A stretch of 64,000 nucleotides of DNA from assembly GCA_043821365.1 (NCBI GenBank), contig JBDRCX010000002.1:64001-128000 (forward strand), in the 5' to 3' direction. Source of the stretch: Candidatus Micrarchaeota archaeon. Lineage in GTDB: Archaea > Micrarchaeota > Micrarchaeia > Anstonellales > Bilamarchaeaceae. The position numbers were made by a program, and so were the translations under genes. The notes under the pieces are model-generated. The model was not told the DNA's origin, made no database searches, and saw only the letters and a program-made list of their open reading frames with translations. Shown piece by piece: positions 47,626 to 57,684 of the stretch (within the stretch, counting starts at the first letter, position 1; every line of letters starts with the position of its first letter).

Positions 47626-48186
47626 TTATCTGATCTTCTTTCCTTCAACCAGATCTATTATCGCTGACGGTCTTTTATACTTAGTTTCTCCACCATCAAC
47701 AGCCAAATTTGAACTTTCCAAAACTTTTTTATCAACTTCATCTAATCTATGTGCTGGTTTTTGTTTTGTTATATTAGCGCTAGTAGTGACTATTGGTTTA
47801 CCGAATCTTTTACACAAAAATATGCAAAATTCGTCTTCTGGAATTCTAATTCCAAGTTTGTTTCCTCTACTTGAGGCAATTTCTTTCTTTTTCTTAAGTA
47901 AAAACGTATATGGGCCAGGAAGTTTTTTTCTTATCGTTTCTTCTTGTTCCTTATTAAGTTTACAATATTCCTTTACCATATCCATATCTGCTACAATTAC
48001 TGAAAGGGGTTTTTCCTTTGCAATTTTCTTAATTTTATATACTTTTGCAACTGCTTTTTCCGATGTTGCATCGCAGCCAATACCGTAAACTGTGTCAGTT
48101 GGATAAATGAGTATTTTCCCTTGTTCTAAAACTTTTACTGCCTCTTCAATAGCCAGTGCAGTTTTTGCGTCTAAAATAAGAACCAT
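47626..48186 (-). CDS. Threonylcarbamoyl-AMP synthase (YrdC/TsaC domain only)
   Basis: YPTDTVYGIGC, K.PLS, PGPYT, GIRIP and TTSAN. Confidence 0.92.
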   Translation of the reverse strand: MVLILDAKTALAIEEAVKVLEQGKILIYPTDTVYGIGCDATSEKAVAKVYKIKKIAKEKPLSVIVADMDMVKEYCKLNKEQEETIRKKLPGPYTFLLKKKKEIASSRGNKLGIRIPEDEFCIFLCKRFGKPIVTTSANITKQKPAHRLDEVDKKVLESSNLAVDGGETKYKRPSAIIDLVEGKKIR

Positions 48187-49710
48187 TTAAACCCCAAAAT
48201 CCTTTTTAATTTGCTTTATTCCTAAGGCGGCTATGAGTTTACCCATTCGTGGACCTTTTGGTTTTGAAATAAGAGCATCATACACTTCTGCAAACATTTG
48301 TTTTGGCTCGATTGAATTTGTTTTTGCAAATTCAAATACCTTATTGTGTATTGCCAATGCATCCATTCCTTCACTAAGTTCACTAAAGAATTTTTTCACA
48401 TTCTCAGTTGCTGGTTTTGCATTTGGCTGATATTTGAATTTATATTCTTCCGGCATGAATCCTCTATTTACCCATTCTTCAATGTATTGACGTAAGTATT
48501 CAACTCCCTTCTCATCCTCAAGTATTTTGCCAACCTTATCCCAATCACCGTAAATTTGATAGTAAAGTAAAATATCCAGGAAAGACACAGTCCAATTTTG
48601 CTTATTAGTTGATAATTTAAACGCTATTGCCTTTTTTCTTTCTGATCTTTCAAGTTCGCCTTCTTTCTTTGCCAGTTCTGCTGCATTCTGAAACTCATCA
48701 TATATTTTGAGCATATTTTCTGGAGTCGGGTTAATATCTGTGTTTTCTTCTAAATCTGGCCTCAGAAGTATATACTTTACTATTTCTGGTGGCATGAGTT
48801 TAACTATCTCAGTCACACCCATACCGGTTCCTTTTGATTTTGAATATTTTTTTCCTTGGAATAGTATGAAACCATATCTGTATGGTATGTGATATTCTTT
48901 TTTCATAAGATCAAGAGTTACTACTTTGCAGGTGTCTTCGCTTCCTCCACGTGTATGGTGGTCTACTCCTGCACCCTCAATGGATGTACCGAATATCTGT
49001 TTCCATGTTGGCCAGTGTAATCTCCACACTATCTTGTACTTATGATCGCCTATAGCTGCACTTCCTTGATGGCCACATCCTTTTGTGTATTTTACATCCT
49101 TATCACAAACATACTCATATTTTTCTCCATCATGTGATAGAACTCTTGTTGTGGCAATCTTTCCACATTGTTGACAGATAGGCATTATTGGTGACCAGTC
49201 CTTTTTCTCTTGTTTTCCGCTAGTGTCTTCAATAATTTTTTTTGCTTCGTTCTCATGCTTCAAGAAAAATCTAGCATATTCATCGAATTTTCCTTTTTCA
49301 TAATATTCATTTATTCTTATTATATCGCAATCTATCTCGAATCGTTTTACCATCTCACGCGCTTCATCAAGATAATGATCTCCAAAACTTTTGCTTTTTC
49401 CAGTCGGGTCTGGCACATTACACAAAGGCTTCCCCAAGTGAGGTTCAAGTTGTTCTTTGTATTTTTCCATATCCAAAGGGACAGAATCAAATGCATCAAG
49501 AATATCTGCCACAAAATAAAATTCGCATTTTTTACCCTTACTTTCAAGCATCTTCTTTATTGTTGCAGGAAACAGAAATTCACATAAAGTTCCAAAGTGC
49601 AGGGGACCTGAAGTGGTCATACCACCGCTAATTACATATGGTTCTTTTTTCTCTTGTATAACTCTTTCTGCTAGCCATTCTGACCAATGCATGTGTTTTG
49701 TTTCTGTCAT
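48187..49710 (-). CDS. lysS: Class I lysyl-tRNA synthetase
   Basis: MHWSE, SGPLHFGT, WRLHWP..W, GVDHHTRGGS and KYSKSKG. Confidence 0.95.
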   Translation of the reverse strand: MTETKHMHWSEWLAERVIQEKKEPYVISGGMTTSGPLHFGTLCEFLFPATIKKMLESKGKKCEFYFVADILDAFDSVPLDMEKYKEQLEPHLGKPLCNVPDPTGKSKSFGDHYLDEAREMVKRFEIDCDIIRINEYYEKGKFDEYARFFLKHENEAKKIIEDTSGKQEKKDWSPIMPICQQCGKIATTRVLSHDGEKYEYVCDKDVKYTKGCGHQGSAAIGDHKYKIVWRLHWPTWKQIFGTSIEGAGVDHHTRGGSEDTCKVVTLDLMKKEYHIPYRYGFILFQGKKYSKSKGTGMGVTEIVKLMPPEIVKYILLRPDLEENTDINPTPENMLKIYDEFQNAAELAKKEGELERSERKKAIAFKLSTNKQNWTVSFLDILLYYQIYGDWDKVGKILEDEKGVEYLRQYIEEWVNRGFMPEEYKFKYQPNAKPATENVKKFFSELSEGMDALAIHNKVFEFAKTNSIEPKQMFAEVYDALISKPKGPRMGKLIAALGIKQIKKDFGV

Positions 49711-49761
49711 AAAAATCTCTCTTGATTTTTATTATTGATCGTCTCTACGATCAATGTCATT

Positions 49762-50685
49762 CTATCCCTTACTTATAAGCTTCCAATAATTATATTGTGC
49801 AGTTATCTCAATAAGATTCTGTAATGTTGCAATTGCTATGATTAATACCAAGAATACAATTGCCAATATAACTAAACCAACAGGGATAATCAGGTACATT
49901 ACACCTGATAGGGCGCTTGCACCAATCATTCCCAATCCAAATAATACTAATCCGATTACTATTCCTATTCCTACTAAAACAAGGAGGAGTATCATCATTA
50001 CTGCAGATATTATTGCCCAAAGTAACAATGAGAATAAGAATGTCTCAAGAAGGTTGTTTTTAACAATATCAATACTTCGTTTGAAGCTTTCCACTATACC
50101 CTTTCTTGCTATGATCACTTCGAAAATAGCAAATTGGATAAAAAGGTGCAATATTGCAGCCACAATAGATATAATCACCCTCAAAACTAATTCAATCAAG
50201 GATCCTGCGAGGATCAGCATCGGGCTTCCACTAAAATTAGTACCAAGACTTATGATGAGATATATAACATAAAACGGCCCCAATATCACAAGAGTAATCA
50301 ATATATTTGCAATAACGTATAGGAAAAATGGAACAATGTTGACTCTGATTTGCGCAATTATGTCTAATTCTTCATTCTTGCATTTCTTGTCTATAAAATT
50401 GTAAGATACTGAATTTACTACTCCTGAAAAAAATAGCGCCACAAACAAGATAATCACTGCGAATATGGTTATTATCAGTGCTGATCCGACCAGTGATGGT
50501 CCTGCTAATCCAAATGCACTAATACCAAGTAGTAAATATGGTGCAATTGCTATTCCAATACCAATCAGAACTACTATGGTGGCAAGAAATTGTATTAGAA
50601 ATATTCCTTTAAAGATACTAAAAAAATCCTTTTTTAATAATTCTATAGTTTTTCCAAGTGAATCAGTTATAAACTCAAGTGCCAT
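49762..50685 (-). CDS. Polytopic membrane protein of unknown function
   Basis: Multiple hydrophobic helices; GIVESFKRS..IVK pattern. Confidence 0.75.
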   Translation of the reverse strand: MALEFITDSLGKTIELLKKDFFSIFKGIFLIQFLATIVVLIGIGIAIAPYLLLGISAFGLAGPSLVGSALIITIFAVIILFVALFFSGVVNSVSYNFIDKKCKNEELDIIAQIRVNIVPFFLYVIANILITLVILGPFYVIYLIISLGTNFSGSPMLILAGSLIELVLRVIISIVAAILHLFIQFAIFEVIIARKGIVESFKRSIDIVKNNLLETFLFSLLLWAIISAVMMILLLVLVGIGIVIGLVLFGLGMIGASALSGVMYLIIPVGLVILAIVFLVLIIAIATLQNLIEITAQYNYWKLISKG

Positions 50686-50794
50686 CTTTACACCACATCT
50701 AGATTTAGTAAAAAAATATTCCTATTTTTTACATTATTTTATGATAAAACGTCTATAGTAATGTTTAAAAACAGGTAATAGCATAATAATCTCT

Positions 50795-50910
50795 TGTCAG
50801 CGGTCATAGGTAGGGGGAAACACCTGATCCCGTTTCGAACTCAGAAGTTAAGCCCCTTCACGGTGTTATGAGTACTGCCCCACGGGCGGGAAATTGCACT
50901 GCTGCTGACA
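50795..50910 (+). rRNA. rrf: 5S rRNA, unlinked from 16S/23S
   Basis: Terminal helix TGTCAGCGG/CTGCTGACA; conserved CGGTCATAG, ACACCTGATCCCGTTTCGAAC, GAAGTTAAGCC and AGTACTG...GGGAAA. Confidence 0.93.
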
Positions 50911-50974
50911 CTTATCTTTCTCTTATATCTTATGGCCTATTGATAGCCAAATGAAATTACTATTATATAATATA

Positions 50975-51568
50975 CTAATTCTTCATTTGATCCAGAAGTT
51001 CTCTTGCTCTATTTCTCACAGTTTGGTCTACATCCCTATCTCTTCCAGTATCGTGTGCTCCTATAATACTAGATAGTTCCCATCTTTTTCCTCTATCAGC
51101 TAGTTCTTGAACTGCCCACAAAGCAATCCCAACATCTCTTGCAATAAATCCAACTGAACCTAGCTCACTTGTACAATCTCGTGCAATTAAAATTCGCATA
51201 GCTGTTTCTTGTGTTGGTCTATCGGTATGTCTTGATGCAACCATTCCAACTAATGCGTTGCTTTCTAATTTGTCTACTATATTGCCCATTTGATCTACTA
51301 TCATTGCTATTTGAGGTTCTAATTGGGTATAGGGTACTCCTCGACATAAATCAGACAATGCTCTATCTCGTGTTTTTGGATCTACAATGCCAACTAACTC
51401 TCTAAGTATGCTTTTTTGTCTTCTTTCATCTGCTGTATAAAATTCAGCTCTAAGTTCTCTTATTCTAGATGCACCAAGAACTTTTACGTCCTGCCCAGTT
51501 CCACTTGTTGGTACTCTTGCATTACTCTGTTGTCTCAAATCTCTTGCTAATTGTCTCATAATTATCAC
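50975..51568 (-). CDS. Hypothetical helical-repeat protein
   Basis: 197-aa frame with HEAT-like periodicity. Confidence 0.6.
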   Translation of the reverse strand: MIIMRQLARDLRQQSNARVPTSGTGQDVKVLGASRIRELRAEFYTADERRQKSILRELVGIVDPKTRDRALSDLCRGVPYTQLEPQIAMIVDQMGNIVDKLESNALVGMVASRHTDRPTQETAMRILIARDCTSELGSVGFIARDVGIALWAVQELADRGKRWELSSIIGAHDTGRDRDVDQTVRNRARELLDQMKN

Positions 51569-51666
51569 TGATATTAGTTGTAATTTATCTTTATTGATGT
51601 TTTTAAATGTATGTTACAATTCCAAGTTAAGGAATTAATTTTAATACATCCATTCAAAAGAAAATT

Positions 51667-52182
51667 ATGAAATTTTATGATGTTCTGCAGAACAGGCATA
51701 CTTGCAGAGATTTTACTGACAAACCTGTTGAAACTCAAAAGATAAAAAATATCATTAACGCAACAATGGGTGCTCCGTCTGCTGGAAATCTACAAGCATA
51801 CAAAATCTATATTGTTCAGTCACAAGAACAAAAAGAATCACTGCTATCAGCTACGAATTACAAGGAATTTATGACCAAAGCCCCACTGATTCTTATTTTT
51901 GTTGCTGATCAGAAACAATCAGAATCAAAATACGGTGCTCGTGGTTTTGAACTTTATTCAGTTCAAGATGCAACTATTGCAACTACCTACGCTCAACTTG
52001 CAGCAACAGCAGAAGGACTTGCATCAGTGTGGGTTGGTGCATTTGAACCACTTGAGGTTTCACGAGTTATCAATCTTATGGCTTATGAGGTTCCAGTTGC
52101 TATTCTTGCCATTGGATATCAAAATGGCCCTGTTAAGCCTACCACAAGAAGACCAATTGAAGACATGGTGAAGGAAATATGA
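51667..52182 (+). CDS. Nitroreductase-family flavoprotein
   Basis: R.T.R.F, APSAGN.Q, QD..IA and GL.SVWVG.F. Confidence 0.92.
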   Translation: MKFYDVLQNRHTCRDFTDKPVETQKIKNIINATMGAPSAGNLQAYKIYIVQSQEQKESLLSATNYKEFMTKAPLILIFVADQKQSESKYGARGFELYSVQDATIATTYAQLAATAEGLASVWVGAFEPLEVSRVINLMAYEVPVAILAIGYQNGPVKPTTRRPIEDMVKEI

Positions 52183-52430
52183 TGGAACATAAAGAACGCG
52201 CAAAAAAAGATATAGACAAACTTGATCGTGTAGTCTCCATATTCAAAAAATTAAAATTAGATGAGAAATATCCTAGAGTAATGGAATATGTTGAAAATTA
52301 TTGTTCTGATGCAAAACATTTTTTTGAAAAAGAAGATTACTTTACTGCATTTGGTGCAGCAAACTATGCATATGGTTTCATCGATGCTATTCTTGTTATA
52401 GAGGGTAAAAAAGATGAAATCATACTCTGA
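52179..52430 (+). CDS. DUF357-like archaeal small protein
   Basis: Y.SDA.HF.EK.D...AF.A.NYA.G..DA pattern. Confidence 0.85.
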   Translation: MMEHKERAKKDIDKLDRVVSIFKKLKLDEKYPRVMEYVENYCSDAKHFFEKEDYFTAFGAANYAYGFIDAILVIEGKKDEIIL

Positions 52431-53163
52431 TAGAAATAAAAAATTAGGTCAATGTTTTCTTGAAGACCAGAACATTCTAAAATTGGAAGCAAAAATTGCA
52501 AATATAAAAAATAAAGTTGTTTTGGAAATTGGAGCAGGTGATGGAAGATTAACATCATGGTTGCTACAAGCAAACCCAAAAAGACTAATTGTAGTTGAAT
52601 TAGATCCAAGATTCGTATCAATTCTAAAAGAAAAATTTTCTGATAAGATCGAGGTAATTGAAGGTGATTTTCTTGAGCTGGTACCACCCGAAGTTGATAT
52701 TGTAGTTGGTAATATCCCATATTACATTTCATCAGATATTGTTTTTAAGTTAGCAAAATTAAAAATTGAAAAAGCAATTTTAATGGTGCAGAAAGAATTT
52801 GCACAAAAAATGATAGCAAACCCAAAAGAAAAAAATTATGGAAGATTAAGTGTGACATCACAAATTGCGTTTGATGTTAAGCTTGAGCGAATAGTTCTGC
52901 GACATCTTTTCAAGCCAACACCAAAAGTTGATTCTGCAATTATTATTTTGAAGCCCACCGGCGTTAAAATCAATCAATTTCAGGAAAATATAATTCGGTG
53001 GTTGTTTCAACATAAAAATAAAACTGTAAGGAATTCTTTGCTTGATTCAAAAATGTTTAATAAAAATGAAATTGAGATTCTTGGGGAATATCTGAAAAAA
53101 AGACCACGAATTCTTACAAAAGAAAATTGTTTAGAAATTGCAAAAATTTTAGCGAAGGTTTAA
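52414..53163 (+). CDS. rsmA: 16S rRNA m6,2A dimethyltransferase KsgA/Dim1
   Basis: LGQCFL, LEIGAG.G.LT, VELD, GNIPYYISS and F.P.PKVDSA. Confidence 0.95.
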   Translation: MKSYSDRNKKLGQCFLEDQNILKLEAKIANIKNKVVLEIGAGDGRLTSWLLQANPKRLIVVELDPRFVSILKEKFSDKIEVIEGDFLELVPPEVDIVVGNIPYYISSDIVFKLAKLKIEKAILMVQKEFAQKMIANPKEKNYGRLSVTSQIAFDVKLERIVLRHLFKPTPKVDSAIIILKPTGVKINQFQENIIRWLFQHKNKTVRNSLLDSKMFNKNEIEILGEYLKKRPRILTKENCLEIAKILAKV

Positions 53164-53197
53164 AACGTTTGTGTGTTTTGTTCTTACTGTGATTCAA

Positions 53198-53284
53198 ATG
53201 GCAAAAAAAACAAAAAGAAAAGCCGTTAAGAAAAAACCAGTAAAGAAAAAAGCAGTAAAGAAGAAAAAAAGCAGAAGACGATAA
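53198..53284 (+). CDS. 28-aa Lys/Arg-rich microprotein MAKKTKRKAVKKKPVKKKAVKKKKSRRR
   Basis: Hand-translated; GTGAT SD-like element upstream; (A/P)VKKK repeated three times; stop abuts the dnaJ stop. Confidence 0.65.
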   Translation: MAKKTKRKAVKKKPVKKKAVKKKKSRRR

Positions 53285-54406
53285 TTAGATAATACCTAAA
53301 AGTTTATCGTCTTTTTCACTTTCTTCATCGAATTGATGAAGTATTTCTTTCTGTTTTTTATTTATTTTTTTTGGAATGTTTATTATTATTCTAACTAATT
53401 GATCTCCTTTTCTATTCGTTCCTAATCTTGGCATTCCTTCTCCTTTTAATCTGAAAATAGTATGTGATTGTGTTCCTACAGGTATGTTGAGATTTGCTTT
53501 TCCAAATAATGTTGGTACTTCTACTTTACCTCCAAGAACAGCGTTACTAAAGTTTATTGGTATTTCAATATACAAATCATCTTCTTTTCTTTGGAATTTT
53601 TTATGTTCATCAACATAAACTTTTACAAAGAGGTCTCCTGGTCCATCACGTCCATATTCACCCAGATCTTCTAATCTTAAACTCATTCCATTGTGAATTC
53701 CTGCAGGGATGTTTACTTTTATGTGTTCAGTTGCACTAACTTTTCCAGAACCTCTACAATCTTTACACGGGTTCTCAATTGCATTGCCAACGCCATGGCA
53801 TTTATTACATGTTGTTACTGTGTAAAATGCCATCGGTCCCATTCTCTTTGTTTGTTGCACCTGGCCCCTGCCATTACAATTTGGACATGCTTTTCTTTGA
53901 CTTCCAGGTTCGCTTCCATTTCCCTTACAACGTTGGCATGCTTTACTTCTGCTATAATCAATATCTTTTTTCGTTCCTTTTGCAGCTTCTTCAAGTTTTA
54001 TTTCGATTGATGTTTCCAAATTAGCTCCATAATCTCTTCCACGTCCTCCGCGTCTACCAAATCCACCAAACATTGATCCAAATGCCCCTCCAAATGGATC
54101 TCCGAATCCAAAATTTTCAAACATATCTTGGAAATCACTAAAATCAGCATTTCTAAAAATGTCTTCCTGACTGTACATTTGATCAAAGCCTGCATGACCA
54201 TATTGATCATACTGGGATCTTTTTTTACTGTCATTCAGAACTGCGTATGCTTCTGATATATCTTTGAATTTTTGTTCAGCATCTTGGCTTTTATTTCTGT
54301 CAGGATGGTATTCGAATGCAAGTTTTCTGTATGCTTTTTTTATTTCATCTGTACTTGCATTTTTAGGAACTCCCAGAACTTCGTAATAGTCTCTTTTTGA
54401 TGCCAT
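53285..54406 (-). CDS. dnaJ: Chaperone DnaJ (type I)
   Basis: J domain with HPD, G/F region, four CxxCxGxG repeats and C-terminal domain. Confidence 0.98.
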   Translation of the reverse strand: MASKRDYYEVLGVPKNASTDEIKKAYRKLAFEYHPDRNKSQDAEQKFKDISEAYAVLNDSKKRSQYDQYGHAGFDQMYSQEDIFRNADFSDFQDMFENFGFGDPFGGAFGSMFGGFGRRGGRGRDYGANLETSIEIKLEEAAKGTKKDIDYSRSKACQRCKGNGSEPGSQRKACPNCNGRGQVQQTKRMGPMAFYTVTTCNKCHGVGNAIENPCKDCRGSGKVSATEHIKVNIPAGIHNGMSLRLEDLGEYGRDGPGDLFVKVYVDEHKKFQRKEDDLYIEIPINFSNAVLGGKVEVPTLFGKANLNIPVGTQSHTIFRLKGEGMPRLGTNRKGDQLVRIIINIPKKINKKQKEILHQFDEESEKDDKLLGII

Positions 54407-54414
54407 GTTGTCGC

Positions 54415-54708
54415 CTAGCGATAGCTACTATTTTGTTTACTATTTTCCATCTCATACCATCTTCTTATTACTCCTGCAGTCCAAATGTCATCCTCGTTCA
54501 TTTCTGGTTCGTTTTGTTTCCTGATTGGTTTTTCTTTTCCAACTAGTACTGCGTATGCTTCGTTTATTTCCCTGAATTTCTCTGCTGCATTGGCATCTTT
54601 GTTTTTGTCAGGATGATATTTCAAAGCAAGCTTTCGGTAGGCTTTTTTTATTTGCCTTTCATCTGCATCCTCTGAAACACCAAGTACTTGGTAGTAATTT
54701 TTCATCAA
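54415..54708 (-). CDS. Small J-domain-only protein
   Basis: NYYQVLGV...[14 protein letters not shown]...[10 protein letters not shown]. Confidence 0.9.
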   Translation of the reverse strand: MMKNYYQVLGVSEDADERQIKKAYRKLALKYHPDKNKDANAAEKFREINEAYAVLVGKEKPIRKQNEPEMNEDDIWTAGVIRRWYEMENSKQNSSYR

Positions 54709-56609
54709 TCAACCTTTTCGTATTTTCCATCTACTACATCGTCTTCAGAACCTTTCTTCTTTCCCTTTTTTATATGCTCGTAACCTTGTTCACTGTCCTC
54801 GCTTCCGCTCGGGGTGAACCCCGATCCACCGTTACCTGGTCCACTGCCCATTTCAGGACCACCCTGCTGCTGGTACATTGAACCACCAACTTCTTCAAGT
54901 GCCTTTTTCAGATTTTCAGTTTCAGCTCTTATTTTTGCCACATCTTCTCCTTTCATTGCATCTTCAAGCTTTGCTTTTGATGCAATAATCTTTTCATATT
55001 GGTCTTTTGACATCTTGTCTTTTAGTTCATCAACTGTTTTTTTAGCAACATATAGCATCGATTCTCCTTCATTTTTCGCAGTGGCAAGTTCGTATGCTTT
55101 TTTATCTTCTTCAGAGAATTTTTCAGCATCTGCCATCTTTGATTTTATTTCGTTCTCTGCCATTTTGAGTGGTGCAATCACTTTCATTGTCTGTTCTTTT
55201 CCAGTTGCTTTGTCTTTTGCACCAACATGCAAGATGCCATTTGCATCAATGTCAAATGTTACTTCAACTTGAGGCACACCGCGCATTGCAGGAGGAATCC
55301 CAACAAGACTAAACTTTCCAAGTGAAACATTGTCCTTTCCCATTGGCCTCTCACCCTGTAATATGTGTATGTCAACAGCAGTTTGCATATCTGCTGCAGT
55401 TGAGAAAACCTGGCTCTTTTTGGTTGGAATAGTTGTATTTCTGTCTATAAGCTTTGTCATTACTCCCCCAAGTGTTTCAATACCAAGTGAAAGCGGAGTT
55501 ACATCTAGTAAAAGAACATCTTTCACTTCCCCTGAAAGTACTCCTCCTTGGACTGCTGCCCCCATGGCAACACATTCCATTGGGTCAACTCCTCTTTCAA
55601 CTTTCTTTCCTAGAGTGTCCTCAACGAATTTTTGTACTATTGGCATTCTTGTTGGTCCACCGACCATTATTATTTTGTCAATATCTCCAGGTGCCAATTT
55701 GGCGTCTTTCAGTGCATTTTCCATTGGTCCTCTGCATCTTTCAATCACTGGTCTAACCAAGTCATCAAGTTTTGCTCTTGTTACTTTGTGAACAAAATGT
55801 TTTGGTTGATTGTCAACAGATGTTAAGAATGGTAAATTTACTTCTGATTCTAATGAAGTTGATAATTCTATTTTAGCTTTTTCTGCTGCTTCTAAAATTC
55901 TTTGTTGTGCTTGTCTATCTTTTGTTATATCAACTCCACTTTCTTTTCTGAACTGATCTGTTAAATACTCTGAAATAATTTTGTCCATATCAGTTCCGCC
56001 AAGCTGAGTGTCACCATTTGTTGATTTTACTTCAAATACTCCACCACCAAATTCCATTATTGTGACATCCAAGGTTCCTCCACCAAGGTCGAAAACAAGA
56101 ATCTTCATGTCCTTTCCTGCTTTATCTACTCCATAGGCAAGACATGCTGCAGTTGGTTCATTTACCAATCTTACAACTTCTAATCCTGCAATTTCTCCAG
56201 CATCTTTTGTTGCCTGCCTTTGATTGTCATTAAAATAAGCTGGCACTGTAATAACTGCTTTACTTACCGCTTCGCCAAGAAATTCTTCTGCATCTTTTTT
56301 TATCTTTTGTAATATGAATGCAGAAAGTTCCTGTGGCCTGTATTCTTTATTGAATATCTTATACTTGTGATCAGTTCCCATTTTTCTTTTAAAAGCACTT
56401 ACTGTTCCTTCTGGATTTGTTACTGCCTGTCTTCTTGCTGGTTCGCCAATTATTCTTTGGCCATCACGTGTAAATGCAATATAACTTGGAAATGCCTTTC
56501 CATATTGAGTTATTCCCTCAGCACTTGGGATGATCTTTGGTCTACCTCCCTCTAAAAATGCAGCTGCTGAATTACTTGTCCCTAAATCAATACCAATTAT
56601 TTTTCCCAT
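54705..56609 (-). CDS. dnaK: Chaperone DnaK/Hsp70
   Basis: [29 protein letters not shown] and [10 protein letters not shown]. Confidence 0.99.
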   Translation of the reverse strand: MGKIIGIDLGTSNSAAAFLEGGRPKIIPSAEGITQYGKAFPSYIAFTRDGQRIIGEPARRQAVTNPEGTVSAFKRKMGTDHKYKIFNKEYRPQELSAFILQKIKKDAEEFLGEAVSKAVITVPAYFNDNQRQATKDAGEIAGLEVVRLVNEPTAACLAYGVDKAGKDMKILVFDLGGGTLDVTIMEFGGGVFEVKSTNGDTQLGGTDMDKIISEYLTDQFRKESGVDITKDRQAQQRILEAAEKAKIELSTSLESEVNLPFLTSVDNQPKHFVHKVTRAKLDDLVRPVIERCRGPMENALKDAKLAPGDIDKIIMVGGPTRMPIVQKFVEDTLGKKVERGVDPMECVAMGAAVQGGVLSGEVKDVLLLDVTPLSLGIETLGGVMTKLIDRNTTIPTKKSQVFSTAADMQTAVDIHILQGERPMGKDNVSLGKFSLVGIPPAMRGVPQVEVTFDIDANGILHVGAKDKATGKEQTMKVIAPLKMAENEIKSKMADAEKFSEEDKKAYELATAKNEGESMLYVAKKTVDELKDKMSKDQYEKIIASKAKLEDAMKGEDVAKIRAETENLKKALEEVGGSMYQQQGGPEMGSGPGNGGSGFTPSGSEDSEQGYEHIKKGKKKGSEDDVVDGKYEKVD

Positions 56610-56637
56610 TTTTTCACCTCTTACCTTCTAAGGAGAT

Positions 56638-57204
56638 TCAAAAAGAACCTGGGTTCTTTTTATCCTCCTTTTTACCTACTACAACTTTTGCATGCCTCAA
56701 AATTTTTCCATTAATATAATATCCTTTTTGTACTACTTCGATTACTTTTCCATCATCACCATCTGCCTGCCTTATTGCATCATGCTTAAATGGATCGAAA
56801 TTTTCCCCTTTTGCTTTCATCTCCTGCACTCCATCTTTCTTTAACATATCAAGGAGTTTTGCATAGATTAATTCCACTCCGTGTTTGAATTCTTTTGGTG
56901 GGGCATTATCAATATGTGCCATTGCTCCATCAAGTTCATCAACAATTGCCAGAATTTTAATCATTGAATCTGCATTTGCCTTTTCTTTTATGTTTTCGTT
57001 TTCTCTCATCACCCTCTTTTTATAATTTTCAAATTCTGCTTGGACCCTCATCAATTTCTCTTCAAGTTCTTTTACTTGTTTATCTTTTTGGTGAAGTCCT
57101 TCTGCTTCATCACCTAAAAGTTTCACTTCTTCAGGTGCTTTGACCATCTTATGTTCTTCCGGGGGAAGAATCTCTTCAGATTTTTTATTCCCAATTTCTT
57201 TCGT
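56638..57204 (-). CDS. grpE: Nucleotide exchange factor GrpE; probable ACG start at 57204, first ATG at 57147
   Basis: AEFENYKKR, FDPFKHDA and QKGY..NG.ILRHA.V.V. AGGTGA SD followed by 4 nt and an in-frame ACG. Confidence 0.92.
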   Translation of the reverse strand, partial: TKEIGNKKSEEILPPEEHKMVKAPEEVKLLGDEAEGLHQKDKQVKELEEKLMRVQAEFENYKKRVMRENENIKEKANADSMIKILAIVDELDGAMAHIDNAPPKEFKHGVELIYAKLLDMLKKDGVQEMKAKGENFDPFKHDAIRQADGDDGKVIEVVQKGYYINGKILRHAKVVVGKKEDKKNPGSF

Positions 57205-57224
57205 ATAATCACCTGGTTAATATT

Positions 57225-57239
57225 TTAACAATTTGTTTA
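57225..57239. promoter_or_regulatory. Imperfect palindrome TTAAC-N5-GTTTA; candidate heat-shock operator
   Basis: Lies in the grpE/regulator divergent gap and resembles the A. fulgidus HSR1 site CTAAC-N5-GTTAG. Confidence 0.35.
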
Positions 57240-57282
57240 ATATTTAGTAAACCTTTTAAATCTTTTTATGGAAAGTTAAATT

Positions 57283-57684
57283 ATGACGCAACGGCGCTAT
57301 TACCGCCAAATAGTTATTCGATATATCTCAGTTCCAACTAAGGATGAATCTAATGATACTGAGCTTGATTATATATATCAATGTCTTGGACTTGGAGATG
57401 AAAAAGACGACGTTGGACCTCTTGTTTTCAAAGCACTGGTTAAAGCAAGCATGGATGGAACCGGAATATCATCCAGAGATATCATGCAATTAAGTGAGGT
57501 AAGCCAAGCTGCAGTAATATATCATCTGAATCTGTTTCAACGTTCCGGTCTTGTTATCAGAGACGGAAGAATGTACTATTTACGTGGCCGTACACTTGAA
57601 GATACATTAGGTGAGATGCAAAATGATATGCACAGAAGATTCGGACATCTTAAGGAAATTGCAAGAAAAATAGAAAAAATATAA
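57283..57684 (+). CDS. ArsR-like winged-helix regulator divergent from grpE-dnaK
   Basis: ISSRDIMQLSEVSQAAVIYHLNLFQRSGLV wHTH and C-terminal helix. Confidence 0.8.
   Translation: MTQRRYYRQIVIRYISVPTKDESNDTELDYIYQCLGLGDEKDDVGPLVFKALVKASMDGTGISSRDIMQLSEVSQAAVIYHLNLFQRSGLVIRDGRMYYLRGRTLEDTLGEMQNDMHRRFGHLKEIARKIEKI

Noticed and set aside
47626-48186. Short TsaC lacking the SUA5 domain, considered as a pseudogene or novelty
   Set aside because: All catalytic motifs are intact, and single-domain TsaC is a known functional variant.
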